Shown here: piece after piece, positions 1-12,368 of the stretch
Layout: each line of letters begins with the position of its first letter
Position numbering within the stretch: the first letter of the stretch is position 1
Source: Salpingoeca rosetta
Lineage: Eukaryota > Protista > Choanoflagellata
Direction of reading: 5' to 3'
Assembly (NCBI GenBank): GCA_033442325.1
Contig: JAWQFM010000014.1
Coordinates: 633,312-697,311 of the forward strand
DNA: 64,000 bases
The notes under the pieces: model-generated
Seen by the model: only the letters and a program-made list of their open reading frames with translations
Database searches by the model: none
Told to the model about the DNA's origin: nothing
Translations under genes and position numbers: made by a program

Positions 1-394
1 GCTGTGGAGGGGTTGGTTGTGGGTGGTGCTGGTGCGGAAGCTGTGGTGGGTGCTGGTTGTTGTGCTGCTGCAGTTGCAGTTGTTGCTGTGGATGTTGTTG
101 CTGTGATGACGGGTGTGGTGGTGCTTGCTGTGGTTGGCTATGAGGAGGGGTGGGACCGGACGCAGAGGTGGGCAGGGTGGAGTCGGAGTCGGATGGAGCA
201 ATTCTCACGGGGAGGGACAGTCGCACCAGGGGCGGGTCTTCCGTGTGTGTGCTTATTGTGTGTTGTTGAGGAGTGACCTTTGCCATCTTCTGTGGTGGTT
301 GCTGGGCGTCATCTTCCATGGGTGGTGGTGGTGGCGGTTGGGCGTCGCCAGCGCTGGCAGGCTGGCCTTCGTCTGGAGGCACCGCAGCACTCAT
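1..394 (-). CDS. 5' part of an unknown protein with a Pro/Thr/Ala-rich N-terminus; runs off the window start
   Basis: ATG at 394 (minus) gives MSAAVPPDEGQPASAGDAQPPPPPPMEDDAQQPPQKMAK, then a GT donor. After a TAG acceptor near 139 it continues in frame as PTTASTTTPVITATTSTATT.... No recognisable domain, and an upstream exon is possible. Confidence 0.5.
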   Translation of the reverse strand, partial: MSAAVPPDEGQPASAGDAQPPPPPPMEDDAQQPPQKMAKVTPQQHTISTHTEDPPLVRLSLPVRIAPSDSDSTLPTSASGPTPPHSQPQQAPPHPSSQQQHPQQQLQLQQHNNQHPPQLPHQHHPQPTPPQ

Positions 395-664
395 GCGCCT
401 TGTTCCTGAGAAAGGTGGAGAGGGAGGGAGGTTAGGGGTGGTTGGTTGGTTGGCTGCTGCTGATGGTGGATTGAATTGGCTGTCGTCCCCGTCGTTGTTC
501 AAAAGGAGCAGGGAAGGTAGTGAGGAAGAAGTGAAGGTTGTGGGAGGAAAGAGGCAAGGGAAGGAAGAGGGCGCACGAGGGCGCACGAGGAGTACTATCA
601 ACGCCTAGCACGCACGCTCCACACAACACAAGACAAGCAAGCAAGCTGCCTGTAAACCTAGGCA

Positions 665-666
665 GC

Positions 667-730
<64 letters not shown>
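665..730. repeat. (CAA)n microsatellite in the divergent intergenic region
   Basis: Perfect CAA run read directly from the sequence. Confidence 0.95.
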
Positions 731-731
<1 letters not shown>

Positions 732-1350
732 GCCACTGGTAGCGGTTGATGTGAGCCTGCCAACGTGCGTCAACTGGTGGTTGGCGGACCAACAACAACG
801 AGACAAGTCAAGCAAAGACGTTATTGAGCGCAGAGGACAACACACGTCAAAATAGACAGGTGTGGTGGTTGTCTGCTTCTTGCTTGTTGGCTTTTTGCTT
901 CTTGGCTTTTTTGCTTGTTGGCTTGCTGCTTTGCCTCTTGTTTCACTTTCTCGCTTTCCTCTGTTGACGCCCCACCTGCGTGTTTTCCAACAGATTGGAA
1001 AGCAATGGTGCGAATCTGTTGTACATCTTGGCAACTTTTCTTGCTTGCAAGTTGAGCTGCCCCGAAACATCACAACAGCAAAAAAAAAAACGGCTGCTTC
1101 TGCTTCGGGTGTCTTCTTGCGTGCCTGATTGCTTGCGAAGTTGGCAACAAGGGGTGTGTCGCCTTGCTTGATTGATGACGAAGCAGCCTTTTTTCGTTTG
1201 TCTGTGGTTTCTGCTTGCATACGCTGACCATTCATTTCTCCTGTCGTTGTGAGAACTCAGAAAGCAAGCGCAAGCACAGCAAAGCAAGCACCTTCTTCTC
1301 CTTCTCCCTTCCAACTCATCAAGCAACGCGCAGCAAAGCAACAAGCCAAG

Positions 1351-3111
1351 ATGGCTTCCTACCGCCCTTCCAAGTCGGGCTCCGACTTGTGCCTGCACAG
1401 TACGTCTGTGATGAGGAGAGGGGAGATGTTGATGGGAGGAGAGGGAGTGGAAGAGGGGGAGCGAGAGAGGTTGCTGTGCTGTTTGTTGGTGGTGATGATG
1501 GGTGTCACGCATGGCAACAGCCAAACAAACAAGCAAACAAGCATATGCGCTCACATGCACACAAGCTACAAGGATACACATACACAAAGGAACACGCAAG
1601 GGTACATGATGCATCCACAACACTCCTCGTAACCCCAATGTTAACCCCATCTTGCCCACGTTCTCCTCTCTCGTCTGGCATGTTGCAGTCGTGTACTCGT
1701 TCTTCCTTCTCCTCACCGCCGTGCTCGGAACCGTGGCCATCGCCTCTCCCTTCTGGCTCACCACCCCCTCTGGACTGACGGGCACCTCCCAGGCCATTGG
1801 CATCGTCTCCTGTGCGTGCTGGAGCCCCTTGTTCTCACACGCTGGGTTCTTTGTGCTGAGCTTGTTTGCTGGGCGTGCGAACGTCGAGTGCCTGGCTTTT
1901 CCCCGCTTTGTTTTGTGATGAGCAAACGTATTGTGTGAGTTGTCGTGAGCTGGCGTGATGTGTGAGCTGGCGTGATGAACACTCTGTTTGCCCAGCTTCT
2001 TCACATCTCACCTACCGTGTCCCTCGCACCTTCATCGTGCCGGCCCCGCCGCTTTCTATCACCCGGCACACAGTCTGCTCCGACAAGAACGACCTGGATA
2101 CCTGCGAGCGCTATGGCGACTCTCCCAAGGATATCCCCATTGAGTACTGGTACGTGCTCGTTCACATCTGACAAGTCTTTGTGCGTTTGGTGGTCGTGGC
2201 AAACAAAGCGGAGGGAAGAAGAAACATCTTTCCTCCTCCACTTCTGTGTGGCGTCTTTTTTCACTTGCAAGCGTTTGGGTCAATGGGTAAGAGGAGTGGA
2301 TGTGGTCACTTTTGGTGTCTTTCTTACATTTCTCAGCATCTTCTTGCTTTCTCGGTCTCACGCATTCACTCACTTCCACATCCCTCACGCACTAACTTTC
2401 ACACGTCCACAACCATGCCACTCCACTCAATCGCTTCTTTGTGACAGGCGCGGCACTGCTGGTCTCTTCGTCTTTGCCATGATGGTCACATGGCTCTGCT
2501 TCATCTTCTCCCTCTTCACATGCTGCGCCTGCCAGGGCCTCACTGTACGTACACAACATGGCTGCCGTGATGTGATGCTGTCCCGTACGCTATTCCATGT
2601 TGTGGGGTGCGTGCATGTGCATGTGCGCCTGTCTTGGTGCAATCCTCCCGCCGCATTGTCACGACTGACACCACCTCTTCCTTCCAAACGTGTCTGTGTC
2701 TGTGATGACGTCCTTCACCACAACAGCGCCCACAAATCGGTCTCCTCTTCCTCTCCGGTGAGTGAGCAGTAGAATTTTGTGGACTCTGCAGCCGGGTGTA
2801 CATGCGTACAGTGAAGGGATGTGTTTGCTCATTTCATCCCAAACGCACCCCCTACAGTAGTTGTTCCTCACGTGCATCGATGAATGTGATGGGGTCTTCA
2901 CCGTGTCGTTTGCTGACGCTTTTGCTGGCTTCCTCTGCGCTCTGTCTTTGTTGGTGTTGTGCGCAGCTATCTGCGTGGTGATTGCCCTGTTCCTCTTTGG
3001 CGCCGGTCTCAAGGACGCCGGCTTCTGCGGCAGCACCAAGCGCTTTGACCGCGGCGACTGCGACCTCGGTTACTCTGGCGGCCTCGGTGCGTGCGTGATT
3101 GTATGTGTGAT

Positions 3112-3142
<31 letters not shown>

Positions 3143-3290
3143 GTGATTGTGTGTGCGTGCGTGCGCGTGTGTGATTGTGTGTGCGTGCGTGCGCGTGTTT
3201 GGTGGGTGTATGCGCTGGGAAGCGCCTCTTTTCCCCTTTTGCACCAAAGTGAGCATCACATCATAACGCACCATGCCATCGCTTCTTCCT

Positions 3291-3326
<36 letters not shown>

Positions 3327-3480
3327 GTGTCAACTGCGCTGCTCCCACTTCACACGTGTACACATGTGCATACACTGTCGACGTCGTTCGTCATCCACAG
3401 GTGTGGCCACGTTTGTGTTCCTGATCATCTCGGCCACCATCTCCATCTTTGTCAAGCCTGCCGAGGACCAGATTGCCTAA
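1351..3480 (+). CDS. LHFPL (lipoma HMGIC fusion partner-like) / claudin-superfamily tetraspan membrane protein, about 190 aa, 7 exons
   Basis: Exons about 1351-1399, 1689-1811, 2074-2149, 2448-2544, 2727-2757, 2968-3086 and 3401-3480 join in phase. The product has four hydrophobic helices, ASPFW...GIVSFC, CERYGDSPKDIPIEYWRGT (cf. LHFP CGRYASFQGIPSAEWR) and FCGSTKRFDRGDCDLGYS. Confidence 0.8.
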
Positions 3481-4080
3481 AGTGGCCGCTGCATGATGGC
3501 AGAGTGCCCACTCAACACCCGGCAGCGGCAGCACTTTCACACCACCGCCACCAGCATCGCTTTCTTCCCGCATATGTGTGTGTGTGTGTATGTGCGCCTT
3601 GGGTGCTGTTGTTGTTGCGGCGTGTGCGATGGTTCTTTCCTCTGCCTCTTGCCCCTTGTGAAGTTTGCGCGCTGTTGAGCGTTTGCCAAACAGCTGCCGC
3701 TGCCTCACGTTCCTTCCATTGTTTTTGTGTTGTGATGTCGCATGCGCTGTGTGCTGCTTGATGTCATCTCGTGTTGTGCCGGCTGTTTTTGTTGCTCCTA
3801 CCGACGGCTCAAAACAGGGAATTGGTTTTGTCTGCTTGCTGACGCAAACGGGTCGTTCTCCTCTGTCTGAAGGTGCTGATGTACTGGCTGTCCAAACCAC
3901 GTGTGGTGTCCAAACCTCCACAATGAACAATTACACATTCACACCGAGTACGAATAACAAACAATTGGTCACAACAGCAGGGGATGCAAGCAAATTAAAG
4001 GTGCTCTGTGTGTGTATGTGTGTGTGTGTGTATGTGTGTGTGTGTATGTGTGTGTGTGCATGTGTGCGCGTGCGTGCGTG

Positions 4081-4112
<32 letters not shown>

Positions 4113-4143
4113 TGTGCGTGTGCGTGTGTGTTCACGTGTGTGT

Positions 4144-6215
4144 TCACGTGTGTGCCACGGCTGGGGGCGGGTAGAGGATGTCGTAGTGGCCGGGCCGGTA
4201 GAGGAGGAAGACGAGCGGCTCCTGCCCGTCCGGGATGACGTGCTGCGCCGCTGTCTCCCCAGCAGACTGCACCCGCAACCAGGGCATCATGGGAGGTGTG
4301 TGTGCGTGTGTATATGTTGGGGGGGGGGGGTTAGAGGTGAGGGTGGAGATGAGTGCGATAGAGGTAGGGATGCGGGCGGTGATGCGGGTGGAGGGGGGGG
4401 GGAGAAAGGGGTTGCACTGATAGCGATGGCAATGGTTGAGGGAAGCCTAAAAATAAAGCGCTCACACACAGACAGACAGGCAGGCACAGACACACGCACC
4501 CTGTCGAGGTAGGCAATGTTGACGGCAACGCCGAGTGCCTGTGTGAGGGCGATGATCTGCAGGTGTTCGCAGTCGACCCCAAACGGGTCCACGGCCCGCG
4601 CACAAAACGCCGCCACCGTCTCGCCGCCCTCAAGAAACGGCAGAAAGTCGTCCACGTGCGTCTGCAATGCGAGCGAGTGTTTGTGTGTATGTTTGTGTGT
4701 GTATGTTTGTGTGTGTATGTTTGTGTGTATGTTTGTGTGTGTATGTGTGTGCGTGTGTGTGGGTATGTGTGTGTGTGAAAATATGCGTGCGTGCAAGTGA
4801 AGTTCGAAACACGCATGCGCATCATCGACGAAATGCCGCTGCTCAAGGCAAGCGGGAGCGCACAAACCTTCATGTGAGCGGCTGTGACGAGGCGAAAGTA
4901 GGCGACAATGTAGTTGGAGAGCCCGTCGTCATTGAATGTCGCATGCAACGCCTCCTATACGTATGCGAACACACACGCACACATGGAATGTGGCAGAACA
5001 TGTGATGAGTGAAGGTGTTGGTGGTGGTGGTCGTCGTCATCATCAATGTCAGGGTGATAGTCTTGCAGCTTGCATACTCCTCATCCCCAATTCCATCATC
5101 ATCACCACCACATCGCCCACCGCCCACTGCCACCGTCAACAGCGCACCATGGGCTCGTCCTTCAGGCGGGCAAACTGTTCCTGCACCGTCTCGTAAAAGT
5201 CTTCTGCGGTAAACTCTGGATACCCCGCTGCAAGCGCCATGTCAAACGTCTGCTTCAGCGTCTCCAGGAACCTGTGTCCAGGGCCCAGGGGGTATGACGG
5301 GGGCACGTATGTGAGGGGGTGCGGGCGCTGCAGTTGATTGGAAACAAGCACGGCAGCGGCAGTGCCCGTAGCACGAAGCAGAAGGTGTTGTCACATCATG
5401 CAACGGTTGTTTGTAATACAGCGGTAGTGATGTGAAGCATCAGGGCGTGAGAACGACAGGGCAAACTGCACGAAGAACAAGGCACGCTCACCCCGGCAGC
5501 TTGTCTTTGTGTGCAGCGAAGTGTTCTGCGATGCCATACGCGTATGCGCGATAGAAGCAGTTGCTGAACACAAGCCACACAGAGTCACAAAAAAGGGTTG
5601 CACATGAGCGACAGCAGCAGCCAGCCAGGGCATGCAAGATGACAGGCAGCGGATATGAAAGAGTTCAGATTGCCCCGCGGTCATGCCAGATAAAGCTCAA
5701 GACAGGAGCAAAGCTTCGACACACCCGTCACCGCGAGTCTTGCGCATCTTGGGAAACGCATCCAACATGCTCTTCATGCAAGAAAGCAGACAAAGGTGTG
5801 TTGTTGTGTCGAATACGACGTGCGTTCAGACCGGGCGGGAACGCACGAGGAAAAGAAGGCACAGGGGAAGGCGTCGATGGTGAGGCAACACACATCAAAA
5901 GAGAGAGACCAATAGAGAGAAGGAAGAGATACACAGGCAGATAGATGCACACATGGACAGAGAGGCAAACAAACACACGTACAGACAGAGAGACAGACAC
6001 ACACACACAGACACAGACAGACACAGACACAGACACAGACACAGACACACCTTGATTTTGGTGGTGAAGAGTGGATCCCCGTATTCGGCGAGGAGTGTCG
6101 ACGTGTCCATCACATCAGACATAAGCGGCGCGGACTCTGCCACCTCCTTCTTGATGGCATCCATTTGTGCCATGATTTCTTGGTCACGGTTGACCTCGTC
6201 CTTGCCCTCACTCAT
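4144..6215 (-). CDS. OTUB1: Otubain-family deubiquitinase (peptidase C65, OTUB1-like)
   Basis: N-terminus [24 protein letters not shown]. The spliced catalytic motif is RKTRGDG|NCFYRA (exons near 5750 and 5550). Later come ECEHLQI-like [16 protein letters not shown] and the C-terminal [12 protein letters not shown], with the stop at 4144. Confidence 0.93.
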
Positions 6216-6546
6216 GGTTGCGTCAAAGTTGAAAGCCTATGGAACCAAAGGGAGCGGTAGCAGACGCCAGTAATGGCAATGAGAGAATTAGAGGTGAGAG
6301 AGGTGTTTGGATGGTGGACAAGCAAAGAAGAAGAACTGGTTGGTTGGTTGGTCTGTGTCAGCGCCGATTTTTGATGGATGTTTTCTACCAATCGCCAAGA
6401 CTTGCCACAAGAAGCTGCACACTCCTCCAATCCCATCATCACCATCAGCCATCCCTTTCAGCAGCATTTGCATCGCTTCCCTCGCTCGTCGGTTGACGCG
6501 TTTGCTTTCTTTTCTCAAGCCACCTTGTTAACGCACAACAGCTGCC
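6216..6546. promoter_or_regulatory. Putative bidirectional promoter between otubain and Misato
   Basis: Head-to-head start codons are separated by only 331 bp. Confidence 0.55.
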
Positions 6547-7890
6547 ATGCCTGCCGGGGGCGGAGGCGAGGTCATCACGCTGCAGTTTGGCAACTATGCC
6601 AACCACGTTGGTGCACATTTCTGGAACTTGCAGGATGCCATGATCGATTACACGGGCCAAGAGCCAGAATCGGAGGTGCGTGCGTGTGAGAAGGATGTGT
6701 GCAAACGTGTGTGCGTGTGTGCAGAGTATGCATATTATGCGTGTCTGTGTGTCTGTGTGTCTGTGTGTCTGTGTGTCTGTGTGCAGAGTGTGTGCGTGTG
6801 TTGATGTGTGTGCGTGTGTGAGAACTGGACTGGTAGCACCATCAAATTTGTGGTACGACAACAGCGCGACACAACACCATTCCTCGTTGCTGCGCTCGCA
6901 CAGCAGCTTGCTCGGTTGGTTCACAACACTTGCGTTGTTTTTGAACCTCATTCCAACCGCGCTGCTTGTGGCTGAAGGACCCCATCAGCCACGATGTGCT
7001 CTTTCGGTGCGGCGAGACACCATCTGGAGCGCCGACATACACACCGCGGCTGCTCTTGTATGATCTGCGAGACAGCACCAGCGCATTGAGCCAGGTTCGG
7101 AGCCCGGGGTGCTGTGTTGCGTGCCCTAGCATGGCTGTATGTACTCTCGCGTGAGTTTCAGTATGTGTGTGTGTGTGTGCGTGTGTGCATGTGTGTGTGC
7201 GTGTGTGCATGTGTGTGTGTGTGTGTGCATGTGTGTGTGTGTGCGTGTGTGTGTGTGTGTTCGAATGTGCATGAAGCTCATTGGCACATGCTTCATATGC
7301 AGGAGGGCGTTTTGTACGGTGACGCTTCCCAGCAGGCTCAAGTCGCGTCGTGGGACGTAAGGACTCTTGTTTGTTTGCTGTCTCGACTGAACACGCTGAA
7401 GTCTGTCGCTTGCGCCATCTCACTTTGGTCATGGGATCGCTGCCCACGCGCAACACTTGTGGCATGTCTCACATGGCACGTCTGTCTGCGTACCTTCTCG
7501 CACCTCCATTCCACAACGCCTTGCAGCCGGAGCGCGTGGAACGCCTGATGCAGCCGCTCGATGAACCGAGTCCATACCACCAACACCTGGAGCAACTGCA
7601 AACACAACAGGTGCTGCATCATTGTGTGTGTGTGTGGGGGGGGGGGCTATCGAGCGTTGTGGTTGCGTTGTCGCCGCTGTCGCGTTGTTGTGGACGTGTT
7701 CATGCTTGTGTACTACGCTCACTGCCACCACTACCACCATCACTAACACCCGCCACTAACACCCACAGGCGGGGGATCGAGGGCACTCCAAGTCTGAGTT
7801 TGTGGTTGAGACGGAGCACGTGCGGTCATGGTCAGATTACCTCCGCCCACTCCTCCACCCCCGCACCGTCAACGTATGCCACGTGGTGTT

Positions 7891-7972
<82 letters not shown>

Positions 7973-8431
7973 GGTATCTGTAGGCGAGCGACGTATGCGA
8001 TTGTGCGTTTGGATGTGGCTCCTTGGCAATGCGCGCTCGTGCGCGCGTGAGTTGTTGTTTGCGGCCACAGCCTCATGCCAGCGTGTGCTGCCGTGTGGGC
8101 TACATGTGCAGTTGGTGCCAACGCACTGCCACGAGGACCCCGCCGTCGCCTTTGATGCGTTTTGGCTCGCGCGACCGCTGCTGCAGCCGACAGCACAATT
8201 TATGGAGACGTTTGAGGACCGTGTGCGTGCGTATATGGAAGAGTGCGACACGCCGTATGGATTCCAAATTGTCGCAGACGCAGACACCGCGTTTGCCGGC
8301 ATTGCTGCCGGTGCGTGTCAGCTGATCACACTCGTGGTGTGGTGTGTTTGTTTCGGGTGAAGTGAGAGTGTGACTCACTGAGTGGCTGAAACACACACAT
8401 ATGCTCATGCGCTCTCAGCAATCCACTCATC

Positions 8432-8472
<41 letters not shown>

Positions 8473-9506
8473 CTTCTCCATGTTCCGCACGGCAGGCGCA
8501 ATACAACACCTACGTGACGAGTACGGGCGCAAAGGGATCATGTGCTATGCGGCGCACTCGCCCGGGCATTCGCTCGGGTACGACGCCGCCACCGCGCACC
8601 CGGAGCTGGACGAGGAGCACCAGGCAGCAAAGACGGCAGCACACGCCCAGCACAGGCTGCGGTCCGCAGCATACCTCATGGTGTGCTCGTGATGGGTGGT
8701 GGTCATGATGGAAGAGATGATTGCCTTTGGAATGTGTATGTGTGTGTGTGTGAGTGAGAGTGAGAGAGAGAGAGAGAGTGTGTGTGTGTGTGTGAGGGAG
8801 AGGGCGCGCGCGCGCGCGTGTGTGTGTGATCGATGAGCAAGGAGTGACGATATCACAGCCTTTGTGACATTGCACGCCCCTAAATATGCGCTTGATACAT
8901 GTGTGTGTGTATGTGTGTGTATGTGTGTGTGTCCAGTATGAGTGTATGCAGTACGGCGCGACATACATTCCGCTCAGCACACACGACGCGTGGCGAGGTA
9001 TGGCTTTCGGAGCCGTCTGTGCTGCCGCGGATGCGGAAGATGCTTGCTCCATGTCTGTCATGGAACACTCCGTGTTGTGTCGGTGATCATACTCACCGTC
9101 ATCACCACCACTCCCATCAACATCGGCCATTGCTGGACAGATGGGTCCCCTCGCGCGTTTCTGCGCCTTGACGTCGACTACAGCAGCCGCTACCACACCA
9201 GCGCCATCATGGCCGCTGCCATCGACACAGCCACCCTCCCCTACAGGTCTGGCCAGTCGCGTGTGTACCTGTATCTGTATGTGTATGTGTGGTGCTGACT
9301 GTTTGCCATGTGTTGTGTATTCTTGCCACCACTGCCACGACAACTTCAGAACTCGTTGCCTGTGCTCTGCAACGTTCACCCGTCGCTCGTCCTCGTTCTG
9401 CTCCTCAGACTGCACTCCAGCGACGTGTCGTTCGCCCATCTCATGTCCGCCCTCCAGGGGCCCGCATCCATGGCCGGTGGGTGTTTGTAGTTGGAGTGCG
9501 TGCATG

Positions 9507-9594
<88 letters not shown>

Positions 9595-9630
9595 ATTGTT
9601 GTTGTTGTTGTTATTGTTGTTGTTGTTGTT

Positions 9631-9670
<40 letters not shown>

Positions 9671-10540
9671 GTTGTTGTTTGATGTTTGTTGTTGTTGTTG
9701 TTGTGTTGTTGTTGCACACCAGACTGTGGATCACGCACTGCACCAAGTTTAGGCGAAGGAAGGGAACCTGAATAGCAGGCAGTCCTCTCAGCCCATAGAT
9801 TTCCTTGTCTCTCTTCCCAAGAACACGCTACCTCGACTCGCCTTCCACGTTAAGGGGGTCAAGTTTGTCAGGTCGATACCTCCCTATACGTAAGATCCAG
9901 AATGGCGCCTTCCCCTGAAACATAAGGGAAGCCGTATGGTGCTCGCGCGAAATACCCGTGGACCGACAAATAGGTCGCACATGCGTCGTTAACATCACAT
10001 CAACTCACAAGTATTTTGCGCTCTACAATTGTCTACAAGCTGTATACAACCCTTGTCACTGTTTGTGGATCGGGGTTTGTGCGTCCGCGCAGATATGGCG
10101 AGTTGGAACAAGAAATTACTCAGAACGACGGCTAGGCTTGAACAAACTGAAAAACTTTCATGGAGTGGGGATTCGACCGCTTGACGGGTGCGTGCTATGT
10201 TGAGTCCTCGGTGACGGTACTGATGCCAATGATGTTGTTGTTGTTGTTGTTGTTGGTGGTGGTGGTGTTGTTGGTGTTGTTGTTGTTTGTTGTGCGTGTG
10301 TTGTGTTGGAGAGAGTGTGTGTGCGTGTGTGTGTGCGCGCGCGTGTGTGTGTGCGTGTACCTTGTGCTACCTCTTTGTTGTATTGTTTGATGTATCCGGA
10401 TTTGTCTCGTCCTGTGCAGGCATGACGACTGTGCTGCCATTTGAGATGGACGACTACTACCTCAGGTGAGCCTTGAGGCCTGGAACCCTCACGTGATTCT
10501 CGATACCGCTTTCATACACACACATACACACACACACACA

Positions 10541-10571
<31 letters not shown>

Positions 10572-10791
10572 TCTCTCTCTCCCTCGCTCACACACACACA
10601 CTCTCCCTCGCTCTCACCATAACCCTGCTCGTCATATCACCACACGCCACCTCGACTCCTTCGACAGCGACATGTTTTCGCGGCTGGAGGCTGGCCAGGA
10701 CCTGCGTGTTGTGCCGCTGACGCCTTCGTTTGCGCCCGACCTCACCCCGGCCATCACCGCCTGCTCCCTTCGCGGCATCAACGGTCCGCCC

Positions 10792-10831
<40 letters not shown>

Positions 10832-11699
10832 ATGTGATGAATGCACGTGAGTATGTGTGCATACTGATGGAGCAAGGTACACGTGTGTGTGTGTGTGTGT
10901 GTCGACAGTGCAACTGCACGCACAGTGCATGTTCTAACGGATCTGCTTGCCTGTGACGGCGTGCGTTGCTGGTGCTTTGCTGGTGCGGCTGCTGCCCTTC
11001 ACAGCGACCAAAGTCAAGCCGCCCATCGCCGTCCTCAGGCAGCGCGGCACCATGTCGGCATACGATAGGTGCGCTTGAGTGCATGTTTACGTTTACGCGT
11101 GCATGTGTACGTGTGCATGCGTATGTGCGCGTGCATGCGCGTGTGTACGTGTACATGCGTGTGCATGTGTACGTGTACATGCGTGAACATGTCTTATTGA
11201 ATGCACAGCTGTTGTCCCATACGTCCCACTCGTAACCAACCACCACCACCACCACTACCATCACCTCAGGTGCGACTCGCCGAACGAGATGCTGCAGCGG
11301 TTCCTTGGCAGCGGCCGCCGCGCCCGGCAGTTTATGGTACGAACGGCGTTGCACGGTTACACACAGATATACAGACACACACAGACACACAGATACACAC
11401 ACACACAGACACACATGGACACACATGACACACACGGACAAAGTTTTTGCTCATTGAGACGTACATTCACGGCTGACCCAAGCGCTCACTGCACTCACCC
11501 TGCCGTGTGCGACTAATTGTGCTGCTGCAGGCGCGTGTCGTGTCACACGGGCTGCCTGTTGGCTCGCCCTTCCCCGACTGGTTCCACCACGGCGGGCGTG
11601 CTGGTCGCAGCGTCACCGTCTCCACCATGGCCTCACTGGAGACGGGCCCCGCCGTGCACGCCTCTGCCGCCGCCCTCGCATCCACTTTCCTTGCCATGC

Positions 11700-11787
<88 letters not shown>

Positions 11788-12135
11788 TGTTGATGCGTTT
11801 GCGTCTGCTTTTCCAGTGGCTGTATTTGAAGGCTCAACCATGTCCCACCACCACCACCACCACCACCACCACCACCATGTCTCTGCAGGCACCGGCCGTA
11901 TCTGGGGCCGTCGTGGGAGCGGGAGGAGTTTGATGAGGTGCGGTGTCGTGCCTTCTGCTCACTCACCCCTGCAGCCCGCTGCTTCACCCAGCCCCTTTAT
12001 ACGCAGCCATGTTCCAGCCCACCACCACATGCGACCACACTGCTCATGCACACACACACACGCACACACACACACACTCTCTCTCTGTAGATGCGGCAAG
12101 TGTTGAGCGACCGACTGCTGGACGAGGAACAGTAG
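6547..12135 (+). CDS. MSTO1: Misato/DML1 tubulin-like protein, about 15 exons
   Basis: Motifs EVITLQFGNYANHVGAHFWNLQ, TYTPRLLLYDL, VRSWSDYLRPLLHPRT, EDRVRAYMEECDTPYGFQI and YHTSAIMAAAIDTATLPYR. The last exon 12091-12135 reads MRQVLSDRLLDEEQ*. Confidence 0.92.
9508..9713. repeat. (GTT)n microsatellite in a Misato intron
   Basis: Long GTT run with a few ATT interruptions. Confidence 0.95.
9716..10232. mobile_element. Unique high-complexity insert, possibly a transposon remnant, splitting a (GTT)n tract in the Misato intron
   Basis: About 0.5 kb of non-repetitive, TA-containing sequence with GTT repeats on both sides. It makes this intron (9477-10419) several times longer than its neighbours. 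No convincing TIR, TSD or ORF was seen. Confidence 0.35.
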
Positions 12136-12268
12136 GACTGACATCCACGCTTCATGTCACAATCCATTGTTAATGTAATGTAATACATTCAAAAAAATGC
12201 CACCAGTGGTCAGTTGCACGCAGTGCCGCCAGCACATCACTGACGTGACTGTGAAGTCGCCTTTTGAG

Positions 12269-12368
<100 letters not shown>

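Noticed and set aside
567-590. GAGGGCGCAC direct repeat x2.4
   Set aside because: A simple local duplication with no other copy seen to support a function.
1503-1517. RFX X-box-like GTCACGCATGGCAAC in LHFPL intron 1
   Set aside because: Only one good half-site, which is expected by chance.
9755-10130. RNase P/MRP or telomerase RNA in the Misato intron insert
   Set aside because: GGGAACCTGAA resembles CR-I, but no properly placed complementary CR-V/P4 strand was found, and there is no CTAACCCTAA template.
9732-10194. Terminal inverted repeats CACGCAC...CAAG / CTTG...GTGCGTG
   Set aside because: The match is short and gapped, the motif is common in this genome, and there is no target-site duplication.
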